A stretch of DNA of 61,903 nucleotides, the filler included, from Bipalium vagum (taxonomy: Eukaryota): the NCBI GenBank assembly GCA_037834085.1. It is 3 parts of 3 records of this genome, joined end to end, with 100 filler letters (N's around TTAATTAATTAA, not from the genome) between each part and the next. Parts side by side here need not be neighbours in the genome. Positions count along the whole stretch, not along the records: positions 34,692 to 61,903 come from JBBMKC010101321.1; 2 more parts are not named here. The stretch is one strand, 5' to 3'. Below are positions 38,170 through 51,200 of this stretch, piece after piece. Position 1 is the stretch's first letter, and each line of letters begins with the position of its first letter. The notes beneath the pieces are model-generated. The model searched no databases and was not told the DNA's origin. It saw only the letters and a list, made by a program, of their open reading frames with translations. The translations under genes were made by a program, and so were the position numbers.

Positions 38170-38730
38170 TATTAAAATTTAGATACTGCTCTCACCCACA
38201 AACCAATAAAAAGATTTTATCTCCACCTCGCTTTTTTCTTCGTTTCATGCAATGAAGGGCATTGGTTACACCCATTTGTCACAAATAATAAAAAATGGAT
38301 TGTGTACAATAACTTCAAATAAATTGGAAAGAAGTAGATGAAAGCCGGAAACAGTTTCAATGAAGATATTGATGAGTATTTTATGGAACTATAGAAGCAT
38401 TATTCATGTTAGACCTCTCCCACGCAGTGAAACAATAACGGCAGAGAAGAACTGTGAGCAACTCACTAAAGTCAGTGATGCCATTCTTCAAAAACGTCTA
38501 TTTTTAGACAATCAAAAGGGTATAGTCTTTTGCCAGACCCCAAATTGCTCAAAAGGCAATGTGGAAGCTGCAAGCATTGGAATAGAAAATTCTCAAAAAA
38601 CGCCATAATCCTCAGATATTGTGCCTTCTGATTTTTAACTATTCCAGACTTTTAACAATAGTGTTTTTATTGATAAAAGGCTTTATTCTGATTAAGCCGT
38701 CGAAACGTATCTGATGGGCTTGTTAAAAAT
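38170..38730 (+). mobile_element. Decayed mariner transposase
   Basis: KWIVYNN; LMSILWNYRSIIHVRPLPRSETITAEKNCEQL; NQKGIVF; P*SSDIVPSDF*LF. Confidence 0.8.
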
Positions 38731-39005
38731 CATTGTAAAAATAAGAGTTTTCAAAACCAATTTCGAAAAACTATGACAATCGTACATTTTTCCTAATAAT
38801 TTATCTATGTAATTTATTAATTAATTTAAATAATAAAATTTACAATATTTTTAATATTTAATTTTTCTTTATATTATATATTTATTTAATAAATTCTTTC
38901 TATTTTATATAACATTTCACCTTTTATTAAGTTATTAAATCAATAAAACAATCACTTAAAAACCAAAGAAACACTGTGATATAATGAAGATAAAATATTG
39001 TTAAG

Positions 39006-39232
39006 GCATGGATAACAGCCCTTGGAACTGCATCTAGTGCTGCGACGTTACCAATAACTTTTCGATGCTTAGAGGAGAAGATTGGAATCGACAAAAGGGT
39101 AACCAGATTCGTTTTACCAATTGGTGCTACTATTAATATGGATGGAACTGCTCTTTATGAAGCCGTGGCGTCGATATTTATAGGCCAAATAAATGACAGA
39201 AAGCTGGAACCAATGCAAATATTTACTATAAG
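39006..39232 (+). CDS. SLC1A2: Excitatory amino acid transporter (SLC1A/EAAT2-like), exon encoding HP1-TM7
   Basis: ttaag|[63 protein letters not shown]...IFTI(S)|gtgatt; NMDGT motif; [11 protein letters not shown] is EAAT2-like; ends in phase 2. Confidence 0.95.
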
Positions 39233-39779
39233 GTGATTAATCATATTTTAAAATTGGTAAATTTAAATAATATAAATAAAATAAATATTTTTATAAATTT
39301 CAAAATTGGCGTATTTAATAATAAGTCATTATCGTTTTACTTAATTTTCATGGACGTTATTCGTTAAAACTGAATAAATATTGCTTGTCAAAACATAATA
39401 GGTAATTTTTTTCAATTTGAAAGTTTAATAGTTTTATGCTTAAGTTCAAATTATAATACAAAAGAAAATCAAAATTTGCATTTCCGTTATATTTTGTTAG
39501 ATTACTTTAAAGAGTAAGTATTATTATTATTTATTAATATTTTATTACCTTTGAAAAGGTAAGAGTCGAAAAGACAAGAAATATATAACGTAGAATTTGT
39601 ACATTATTATAAATTGAGTACCAAAAGTATTTGAATAAATATTTTCAATAAATGTCAGGCTGTGTAGCCCACAGAATGTTCATCAAATTCAATATCTGCA
39701 TCCCGGGAAGAATGTATATCATACTATTAGGTCAATGAATAAATTTTTCTTTTTTTCAAAACACTCTTCATTTTTTTTA

Positions 39780-40070
39780 AACATCAATTACAATTTTATC
39801 ATCAAAGTATTTTACATTGTTGACTATGGCCTTCTGCCATCGTTATGGGAGATGATGGATTCCGCCACGAAAGTAGTGTATTGGTTTGAAGGCAATAAAC
39901 TCATCGATGAATTTTTGGGATATCTGATAGATCATTGTCATTGACCTGAACAAATAACAATCTGATGAAACAAAGTGTGGTCTTGCATTTTGGCATTGCA
40001 TTTTTTTCTTGGTTGAAACTGATAACGAATATAATGTCATAGGTACACTTTATCATCAGCCATTGCGGAT
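39780..40070 (-). mobile_element. Internally deleted mariner
   Basis: MADDKVYL*HYIRYQF joined to NARPH...SDCYLFRSM...GIHHLP*RWQKAIVNNVKYFDD. Confidence 0.75.
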
Positions 40071-40809
40071 TCTAATTTTTCTAAATATTATTTTATAACT
40101 AAAAAATTAAAATACCTTTTGAATTGTTTGATGTATTAAATAAATTTTTGATACAATTAAACAAAGATTAAATTATATTAAGTAGTTGTAAAGTGAGAGT
40201 GTAAAATTTATGTATACTGTATATATAGTGCATATTAAATAATAACATTTCCTATATATAATTAAGTAATATTTGTACAGTATACTTCCTCTTTCATTTT
40301 TTCAGAAGCGTTTCTTTTACTATTTAATTTTATTTATTATTTATATTACTTATAGAATATATGATAAATTATAATTTTAAAATTATGAGACAGAATTACA
40401 GGAATTAAATAATAATTAAATAACTAATTGCTCTGAAATTTCTGAACATTGTTTAATAATTGCTGTAGTGATCAAAATAATTTATTGATAATTTAACATA
40501 TTCACTTATTTCTCAAAAATTTTTATCAATATTTATATATCTTTAGTACTTTAATGTACAGCATATGAATATTGTCCTTGAAATTGGAACTTGATTAAAG
40601 TTCAAGTTTGCATAATCAAAAATAAATAATAAATATTTTTTAATTATTTAATTTTTTAGATGTCAGGAAAAAACAGATATTATAAATTAATGTTTAGAAC
40701 AATTTGAAGGTTATTGGTTTAATAAAATAGAATGGTAAAGAAACTCCTTATTTTTTACATAAAGATCTAATTCCAATAAACATTAACAAGTATTATTTTA
40801 GTCTTTAAT

Positions 40810-41330
40810 AATTTATGGAACCTCTTTTAACCTTGATAACTTCACAAGTCTTGCTAACATGAAACGGGCTAGATTAGATAACCATTGTATTGGAATCTGA
40901 TTGCATAACATTTCCAAGATATGTAGCTTCTTCAGCAATCTTTTCAATAGATATCACAGATTTTCTATTGGAATTAAATAAAGGCTTTGTGGAGGAAAGT
41001 CTAGTACATTACATACATTTATCGCATTCTAATCTTTCACCCTCTGATTACTGTGGCACAGAACACCATCGTGAAGGAGAATCCATGAATCCTCTATCTT
41101 AAAATACTGCTGCTATAATGATGATACCTGGACCTTTCCCAATCAAAGAAAATATATTTTTTCACCTACAGTTAAGCATCCTGCCAGTGTTATTTTTTGG
41201 GGAACTTTTACTTCAAAGAGCCATACTAAATTACAATTTTTGAAATCTAACGAAAAGTTGAACACTGACTGGTATCAGTATTTCTATTTAAAAGACTACT
41301 AAAGAAGTCATTCATTTATAATGAAAACGA
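40810..41330 (-). mobile_element. Tc1-like transposase C-terminal remnant
   Basis: LLHDGVLCH (QDGAPCH-like) and terminal CEVIKVKRGSINY* (AVIKAKGGxTKY-like). Confidence 0.55.
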
Positions 41331-41559
41331 ATTGAACCTACTTTTCTTATCAGATCCCAAAACTATTTTTATCTTATCTAGCCTGCTCCATACCAGAATT
41401 TATCAAGACTAAAAGAGGTTCTAAGAATTATTAAAAACTATATAACTATTACTATGGTTACTATATATTGTAATTGAATCTTTATGTTAAAAATAAGGAA
41501 TTCATTTGCCATAAAACATGTTTTTATCTTTATAATTTTTTGTTCACGGTATTAGTTAA

Positions 41560-42010
41560 AGTAATTTAGTATTTTAAAAAATTTGAGTTTAAACTGAAAT
41601 CAAAAGCTGCGGAAGCATGTCGCAACAAACGTTCCTTAGAACATTGGTTTAAAAAGTTTCGGGATGGAGATGAGACACTTGAAAATAAGGAAGGTTGGGA
41701 ACGAAAGACTTCAATCAATTTTGACAAATTGAGATATGGTGGTTAGAGACCTTACAAAAGACCTAGGTGTTACAACTGGAATAATTTCGAATCATCTGAG
41801 ACAAAATGATAAGATAAGATAAGAAAATCGAAAAGTTAAAATCGTCTATTTGAGGTTTCATCTTAGTATATTTTGCTCAACAATAATAATTCTTTTCTCG
41901 ACCTACTTTGCACCATTAAAGAAAAGTCTAGTTTATCACGGCTTCCTAAATTCTACCAAAACAGTTACGGTATAAATATACTGTCAGCAAATTGAAGAAA
42001 TGAACTAAGC
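41560..42010 (+). mobile_element. Mariner remnant
   Basis: EFKLKSKAAEACRN; HWFKKFRDGDETLENKEG; YCQQIEEM. Confidence 0.7.
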
Positions 42011-43369
42011 TTAAACAATATTATCGACGAATGACTACATAATTTTCAGATTTTAATTTTTCCAACATGTTCTGCACAGTCTTCTTGTTTATATTAACCC
42101 TAGATTATTTCACAATAATTTTTAATTTCGATATTTTTCCAGTCAACTTCGAATCCTCATTCATTTCTTTCTATATTAGATAAATTGTACATGTCAGCTG
42201 AAAATTCTCATCCAATTGTGAATAGTAACTTTATATGGAGCTTCATTTCCATATGATTTGTGTAGCTAACAAACAGTTTTCTTCATTTCTTTCACAGACA
42301 AAAAATATAACGTTACGAAATTCAACTTGTGGTACATTTTTAAAGAAACTTCCGTAAATAATGCCATTAATATTTAGGACACATATTATTAAGTTATTAA
42401 ATATATTATTTTTAAATAATAAATTTATTAATATATTAATTGCTTTCTGTGGAAAATTTCGTGGACTTAATTTTAAGTCAGTTTTTTTAGCATTCAGATA
42501 GAAAATAAAAACTAATGAATCGTCAGTTCGTTCTCTGATTATATATATCTTTATTTATTTATTTTTACTTATTTAATAATAATAAATTATCGATAATTTT
42601 TAAAATAATTCAATCAAATCAATATTACATTTCTAAATAAATTAATATAAACTTGGTTATCGATTATCGAATAGAATATAAAAATAATATTAATAAAAAA
42701 TAAAGCATACTCAATATAAAATATTTCATAAAGAAACGTTTAAAAAGAGAAATGAATTACGCTTATAATTAATTAATAGCAATTATTTTCCATAAAAGAT
42801 CATTTGGCAAGACAATTAGGATGGATTAATAATTCAGAAGATTTTCCCATCAATTTTCTTCTCTATTTTATATCTCCCAAATCACCATATAGAGTTTGAA
42901 TTTTATTTATTTATGTCAGAACTTTTCATATTTATATGCAATATTTTTCTTTCATATTCAGAATTTTAACAATATGAATTTAATATTAGTACAAAATAAT
43001 TTAAATTTCTCTGAACCCGAATTAACCCAAAGAAATTTTATTTTCCATTTCCTTTATTAATTATTTAAATAAAATTAACTATTATTTATAGATAATTAGT
43101 TTAATTAATTAACCTTTTTCTGGATTCTTATTTAATTTATTCATTGATCGTTACTGTAATAATTTCTCTGCTGAAATCATCCCTATTTACATAATTATTG
43201 ATATTTTTTAATCAAATACCATTAGTGAGAAATAATGAATTTGAGAATTATTTATATTTTATTGATTTTCCATTGATTTAATACATTTTTATTGAAAGAT
43301 AATAATAATTATACTTAAGTAAATGATTAAATTGCAATACTTGTCTTGACAAACGTAAAGAAGTATTAC

Positions 43370-44090
43370 TGTTACTCTGAAAAGAACTAAATTTTCGGAG
43401 CACCCCAATCAACAATATTTAATCATCTCAAAGATGCGAAACCATGTCGTATCTGTTAAAGGAAGGACAACCAATATCTGGAATTCATTTCTTATTCAAG
43501 AGGATATAAAACTTTTTTTAATCGATTTGTCACTGTTGATGAAACAAAATTAAAAGGTGTATGACAAAAAACAATTACTCTCACCAGGCGAAACTTTAAA
43601 AAATACCAAAAGCGAACAATGGAAAAAGGACATTACTTAGCATTTTGTGGAATGTCCATGGAATCATTCACTTTGAATTGCTGAACCCGGGCAGAACAAT
43701 TACAGAAGAGTTCTATTGCAAACAATTAATTCAATGAAAGAAAATAATCAAACATCAACATCCTGAATTAACCAACAGAAAATGCTTTATTCTGCATAAA
43801 GATAAGGACGCATACCGCAAAAATGACAGTGTAGAAGATTAAGGAATTTGGATTGGATGTTCTACTTCATTCTCAAAACAAAGGTACTTTCAAAAACGAC
43901 GTTGCAGGTTTTCGACTCCAAAGATAAAAAAATGTACAGAAGAGGGATTGAAAACTTGGTTTCTCGTTAGTAGAACGTCATAGATGCAGGTGGAGAATAC
44001 TTCGACAATTGCATTATTGATAATTCTAAAACTGTTATATTATGTCTGATGAATTAACAGGAACATCTTTTCTGAGGAGCTAATATATTC
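43370..44090 (+). mobile_element. Mariner remnant
   Basis: FLNRFVTVDE; ILWNVHGIIHFELLNPGRTITEEFYCKQL; ILHKD; IDAGGEYFDN. Confidence 0.8.
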
Positions 44091-44717
44091 TTTTTCTTCC
44101 TGATAAAGAATCATTAATATTGTTAATATAAACTCATTTTCATTGAGGATCTTTTAATAACCACTTGTAAATACTTATTTTTCTCAGTAGAAAACAAACA
44201 TATAACTTAGTGAAAGAGACACTTTCTTAATTAATCCCAATTTCCACTTGAAGTCATCTTTTCCTCCGCTTCAGTGTTAATTAATAAATTAGTTGCAAGT
44301 CTTCTTGATATTGATTAAGAAATTAAACATTTTTTATAAATGTGTAATCCAATATATTAATTTCAATGTACTATTACTACAGTTATTATCATTGAACTTT
44401 TTATATGATAATTTATTAATGATTTGTTATATAAAAATCACAGGAAAAATTTAAATTATGGAGATATATATATTTTAATATATATAATAAATAATATTAA
44501 TAAAAATATTTTTTATTTATTTTATATTTAACTATAATACAGTTTGAAAAATCCTAAGTTCACAAATGAATTCTAATTTTCCTATTGATATTCCTATTAA
44601 TTTTTAAAGAAAAAGTATTCCGAAATATGAAAACATTTTTAATCAAGACTTGTACTGATTTGTATCGATTTACTCTTTACCTTCAACAAATTGGTCAAAA
44701 TTGTCAATAAAAAGATA

Positions 44718-45700
44718 TTAGGTTGTTCGGAAAGTTACTACGTTTTTTTTTGAGTTGAAGTTTTAGACATCATTTAAAATATCAAAACAAGTTATAAAAA
44801 TGTCAATATCGATTACATTTAATCCTTATGTCAAATATGATTAGTAGGTAAAATTGTTTAAATATATGAGATAAATTATTTTGTTTGCAAATTTGAAATG
44901 AAATTTGAAAAGTTACATTTTCGATATATTTTACTGTTTTATTTCCGAAAAGGAAGTAGTGCCGCAAATGCATGAAGAAAATTATGTGCGGTATATGAAC
45001 AGGCTAAAACCAAGCGGCAATCTCAAACGTGGTTCTCCAGATTTCGTTCGGGAAATCTCGACATCCAAGATTGGTCGCGTTGTGGAAGATCAGTCAAGAC
45101 TTATGTGGAAAATCTGAGAACTGCCGTTAAAGGAGGCTCGCATTTGATAACTCGGACAATTGGAAAGATGTATGATGGAACTGGCAAGGAGTAATTTTCT
45201 TTGAGCTGCTACCGCGCAACAGGACCATTAATTCCAACATTTACTGCAGTCAACTGGATAAATTAAATTATTGTATCAAGCTGGAGAGGCCATCATTGAC
45301 CAACAGAAAAGGAATAGTTTATCAGCATGACAACGCCAAACCTCATACAAGTTTGGTTATTCGACAGAAGCTGTTAGATCTTGAATATGATGTTCTATCA
45401 CATCTATTATATTCACCCGATCTAGCAACTTCTGATTTCCATTTATTTTGCTCCATGAAACATTCTTTGGGTGGAAAAATCTTCGAATCAGGTGAAGGTG
45501 TCCAAACGTACTTGGTTTCAGTTCTTCGCAAATAAAGAAAGGAGGTTTTATGTGGATGGAATTCTAAAATTACTAGACAGATGTCAGAAAGTGTTTGATC
45601 AAAATGGACAATATACTGTTAACTGAAAAGTTTTTTATTAATACAAAATTTAATCTTGAATCTCATTGAGGAAAGGGAAATATTTTTCCGAAAAAACTAT
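44718..45700 (+). mobile_element. Internally deleted mariner with TTAGGT-type TIRs
   Basis: ta|ttaggttgttcggaaag at 44718 and tttccgaaaaaacta at the right end; HFRYILLFYFRKG, WFSRFRSG, YQHDNAKPH, YSPDLATSDFHLF. Confidence 0.88.
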
Positions 45701-46854
45701 TTAAAAAAAGATAACGATCAAATTAGTTGATTTAAATGTGCTACATCTGCTCTATTTCATTATGTGTGATTTATATTGCGATCTGAAGGAAAAAATCTGT
45801 TTCGTTTAAGTATTCCTGATTACCTTTATTTCTTCGAGAGCTTTATATTAGGTATATGTGTTGAAAGTGAGCCTTTTTTAAAATAACTACATAAATAAAA
45901 ATAATTTACTCATATTATTTTTTGGTCATAATAAAAATCTCACTTTTTTCAAAATTCTGATGAAAACTTTTCGAAATGAAAAGATTAAATTATAATGATG
46001 AGATTAAAACAAAAGAAAAAAGGATTTTTACAAGAATTAGTTGGAGAAACAACATCCATCAGATGTGAACATAAAAAGAAAAGATATTTTTCAAATCAAC
46101 CCCTTCTGATTTCGAATTTTCAGTTTTAAAATATAAATCTTAAAAATCAAATCAAAAAATTGTAATATCTTTTATTATTTAATTTTTTTCAAAAATATTA
46201 ATAAAATTTGAAATATGATCTAAAATTTTCTTATGTACATGAATTTATAATTTTAAGCCCCAAGGGTCAATAATTCTTAAGAAACCAATAAAATCTGTTT
46301 ATATGTCATTATTAAGTTAAATGGATATTACAATTTTATTAACACTCATTTAATATTCATAAATTCGATTTATTAATTATCAAATGGATTTTCATATCGT
46401 AATTTGATCGTGAAATTGTTTTTATTAATTATTTATTTATTGATTTCTGAAATTAATTTTTCGAAAAATAATTGAATTGTATTTGTTGCATTAATATCTT
46501 TTACTAAATAAAATATTTATAAATACTAATTAAATATTAATAAATTTCACAGATATTTTTTTCATTAAATAAAAACTAATTTCTTCCATAAAATTAAAAT
46601 AAAACAAAACAAATTTAATTTCTACGATAATTAACAGAATTTATCTGATTTAAATTTAATTGAAAAAATTAATTTCATTTCATTTTCCTGGAGTTAGCTG
46701 ACCAGTTTACCGGATTAAAAATGAAAAAAAATATTTTTAAATTATTTAAAAATCGTTAATAAAATTACACATACTGTTAAAATTATATTTTCATTAAAAT
46801 CTGTTGCAAGCTAAAATAAAACTAATTAATTAACCGAAGTTTAAATTAGATATA

Positions 46855-47610
46855 CAGTGTGTCCCAAAAAAGCTTTACTAGTTTGAATCCAGCTTGTCGA
46901 AGATAAAGATTTAATTTAGTTCAGCAGCTTAAAGAATCAGATCATCAATGTGTCGAAATTATTTCACCTGTCTGTTAGATAGATCTGTTGAGGGTCCTGA
47001 TTTTGGGCCAAAAAATCATTATGACCGATGAAGCTTACTTTTACTTGTGTGGAGCAGTGATTAATAGATACAAATTTTGAATTTAGACAACTGAAAAACC
47101 AGTTGTGTTTGAATCTGGAAGCATTACATTTACCAAAAGTAACTGAATGGTGTCATAAATGAGCAAGGGGTGTAATTGGTTCATTTTTTCTATGATGCTG
47201 TAGGTAAGACAATTACGGTGAATGGAGAGCAATTTAGACAGATGATCGAAGCATTTTTCCAGTCCTATATCATTGATATTGAGAATTTTTACTTTTAGCA
47301 AGATGGTGCCACATACCACACAAATGGCAAAGCAATTGGATTTTTATTACTCCATTAGAGTATAAAATTTTCTTGTTTCGGTGATTTTTATTGACTTCCC
47401 AGATTTCCACCCTGACTATTTTTTATGGGAATATCTTAAAGATAAAGATTATGCAAATCACCCAACAATGATTGCATAACTGAAACCTAATATTTCTGCA
47501 AAAATCGCAGTGATTTCAACGCACTTTTGAAAAATGTTATGCAAAATTCCAATAAAAGAGCCCAAAAAATTGTGAGGCAGTCAGAGGCGTTCATTTCAAT
47601 GACATCAAAT
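46855..47610 (+). mobile_element. DD41D (rosa)-like Tc1/mariner remnant
   Basis: Begins ta|cagtgtgtccc; IIMTDEAYFYLCGAV; TVNGEQFRQMI; QDGATYHT; DYFLWEYLKDK. Confidence 0.75.
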
Positions 47611-47619
47611 TTAGCTTCT

Positions 47620-48200
47620 TTTGGTGAATATTCAATTTTGGACATTGTTTGGGAGCCTCATTTGCATCTAACCATTGTGTAGATCGCTCACGGTTGTTGT
47701 ATAGGATCTACTTTTCATCACATATAACATCACGATGCAAAAATGGATTCTTTTTCCGTGAGAGTCGAGAAAGACATGTATCAAAACTCTTGTTCATATG
47801 GATTTCCGGTAATTTTTAAAGAATCCAACGTTCAAGTTTTTTTTCTTTATTTATTTTCCCTAAATGGTCCAAAATGGTTGGAATTGAAACCAAGAATATT
47901 TCTGCCGATTCTGTAGTAGATTCGGATTTGTTTCTTTGAACCACAGCCTTCAATTCGTCATTGCTTACCTTAGTTTCAGATCTTCCTCGGGGCAGATAAG
48001 CCAGGTCAAAATCACCAGATTTGAATTTTGTAAACCAACGATTAAAAGTTTTTGGTTATACGCACTATAACGATAAACATCTTTCGTGTTCCTGATGGTT
48101 TGTGCCGTGCTAGATCCCATATGGAATTCATATTCCATTACAATGCGATTCATCAATTTTTCCATAGTCCGAAAACCAGTATGTAAATACAAATTAATGT
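47620..48200 (-). mobile_element. Mariner 5' remnant
   Basis: MEKLMNRIVMEYEFHMGSSTAQTIRN; ITSCYVMKSRSYTTT region corresponding to the TCDEKWIxYDN motif in shifted frame. Confidence 0.75.
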
Positions 48201-49221
48201 CTTACTTCACTATTTCAAAGTATGTATTTATGACAACATATTAAAACAAGAATTATTAATTTATATTAAAAATCCGCAGTGATATTAAAGTTTAAAATTG
48301 TCAAATTAAATCCGTGCATTTCATACTTTATGACTTAGTGTATTTAATTTGTTAATTTGATTTTTTTATTATCATTATTCTTTTTCACTAATTTTTTAAT
48401 ATACATTCAGAAATATTTAAAAACGATGGAGAATTAATTTCTGGAGAAAATGTTTCAGTAATTGCATTTATTTCGATAAATATAAATGTCCTTCGTCATT
48501 TTACAAGTCAAAATTAAGTTTACAAAACGTAATTTATAATTTATAGTGAGTCTATTATTCAGGAATTCTATATAAAAAGATTTATAATCACATTACACTT
48601 TTGACATTCCCTGACTAGAAAATTATGATTTTAATTCAAACAAAAAGCAGTTTTGAAAGAATTATCAATACTCACAGGACCTTTTTCCGTTTTATCTCAG
48701 GGTTTTCTGTATAACTAATATATATGTTAAAGCTAAAATTGTTTTATTAAAAAAAAGTTTATTTATTTATATATTATGTATAATGAATGAATAAAGCTTT
48801 TTCTTTTTTCAATGAAATTAACTATTTACTCTCATTTAACTAAAGATAAAACATTTAAAATATTTTTTTTAAAATAAATTCCTTATTTTTCTCTGTTAGA
48901 TTTGAAGATTTTGAAATTAAGTTCAGATTCTTCGTAATAAAAAGAATGTGCTAACNNNNNNNNNNNNNNNNNNNNNNNNNNNNNNNNNNNNNNNNNNNNN
49001 NNNNNNNNNNNNNNNNNNNNNNNNNNNNNNNNNNNNNNNNNNNNNNNNNNNNNNNNNNNNNNNNNNNNNNNNNNNNNNNNNNNNNNNNNNNNNNNNNNNN
49101 NNNNNNNNNNNNNNNNNNNNNNNNNNACTGTATATATAAAGATTTATGTATAAAAAATAAATTAAATAAATTTTTTTAAGTTCTACATTAGTAAATCTAT
49201 TTAATGATTATAACTTTTCAG

Positions 49222-49356
49222 TATTACAGCGACTTTGGCCGCCATTGGAGCCGCCAGTGTTCCCAGTGCAGGTTTGGTAACAATGATCATGGTCTTAACT
49301 TCCGTTGGCTTACCTACAAATGACATTTCCTTGATCCTAACAGTTGACTGGCTACT
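49222..49356 (+). CDS. SLC1A2: EAAT2-like transporter, exon encoding HP2
   Basis: ttttcag|(S)[44 protein letters not shown](L)|gtgagt; 135 nt, phase 2 to phase 2, in frame with both neighbouring exons. Confidence 0.95.
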
Positions 49357-50899
49357 GTGAGTATATTTCATTCCTGTTTTGTATATTTTTATCATATAAA
49401 TATATAACTAAATAAAATATTTTTAACATTATTTACAGCAGTAACAGACATTATGCTGTTAATAATCCGGCGTTTCCTTTTCACAAGAAAATATATTTAT
49501 CATGAAATTTTTTGTCATTGAAATATTATAAAATTCCAAATTCACTGCTTATTCTGTGAAATCGATATTTTTCATCAGATAGTTTTTTTCCATGACAAAT
49601 TATTATTTAATTTTCGTACTAAGACTTGAATGGTTACGTGTCCTGAGATGATACTGATTCTCTCCTATTTACAGGCCATTGCACCCATGACATTTAAATT
49701 GGTACACAATATTAGCTTGCAATATTGCATGAGTTGAGGTTTCAGCTTTAAATAACTTTCAAAAAGATTGACTAATAAAATACTCGGTAAAAATATTTTG
49801 TCCATTATCCCTTAGAAGTAAGAAAATGCTTTCACAAAAACATTGTGCCCCTTTCTTATTCATGTTTAACCTAAGCCGAAGATTCTCCGTTGATGTTCAA
49901 TAAATAGAGAAAACATTAATAATTTAATAAACAATAAATGATTGTTAAAGAACGGAAATGTGTAAATATTGTAGATAACTCATTAAAAATTCCAATTAAA
50001 CTTCTAAAACCTTTAATCAAAAAATTAAATTATAAACTTTGTTCAAAAAGACCCTTCAAGACGACAAATGTCTTATTAAACCTACAATCTCTAAGCATAT
50101 AGGTCGAGAAGTGCATTCGGGAATTCATAACCTTCAGTTATCATAACTTTTATAAAAATAATTAATTAATAATTAACAGTTCTTAAAAATGTTAAATTTT
50201 AGAAAATATTTTTTAATATTAAAACAAATGATCAAATATATTTTTTAATTTATTTGAATTAATTAATCACAATAAAAATATAAACAAATGGCCAAGGTTG
50301 ATGATGTACAAGGTTTTGATAAAGTTCAAAAAATATTAATTAATTAAAGTTTAATTTTCGTTATATTTTTTTAATATTCATATTGAAAAGTGGAAAGATA
50401 TTAAAATTATCATTTCAATCATTAAAAATACAATAAAATCCTGTCTGATTTTTCTAAATTGAAATTTTCATCATTAAATCCAAAATAAATCAATAATTAA
50501 TTTTAAAAAAATTTTACCTTTAAATATTTTCGATATTTTATATCTTCGATATGGCGAATATAAAATCAAACAGTGCAGAATTCAATTCCGTTAATTATTT
50601 ATTAATCCTAAGAATTATCGTTTTCTGGTTAGGAGTAAAATTTGATCAATATTTGTTAAAAACGGTAATTTAATTTTCCATTTTATTGAAATAATTGAAA
50701 ATAAACAATTTTTAAAAAAAATGAAGAAAACATTTTGGAACAATTTGACAAAATGAAGATAAATGATTTACAACTTAGAAGTACAATATTCTACTTTCCA
50801 AAAGATTCCTTTTTCGAAACCTTCTTCATTGCAGCAGTACAGTGAATTCTCACAAACTGCGAACTTGGGGGATCGATTTGTTAAAGTTGAATTAAATGA

Positions 50900-51200
50900 A
50901 TTTCAATGATTTTTTTGAAATTGGTATGCACTTTTTCAAAATCAATCGAATTATTTGTAACATTTTTTAACATAAAAACTAATTTGCACACATTTGTCAA
51001 ATCGATTGTACAACAATTTTTGTAGTGAATGATCCGTAGTATTGATATATCCTCGATTGATAAATGACCTGTGAAACTAAACAGAATAATTAAACTTACA
51101 ATGATTCAAACTTATGATCATTTCCTAGGTATTAGTGGAAGTACTGATTGTATCAAAATCCCGGATTGAGTAAATGAGGAATAAGATGGACAGCAATTAA
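50900..51200 (+). mobile_element. Possible PIF/Harbinger nuclease remnant
   Basis: HFLGISGSTDCIKIP at ~51119-51163 resembles FPGVIGAIDCTHIP; otherwise highly decayed. Confidence 0.35.

Noticed and set aside
49201-49395. Minus-strand 64-aa ORF (also 57338-57523 and 45343-45531)
   Set aside because: Antisense shadows of EAAT exons or of a mariner transposase.
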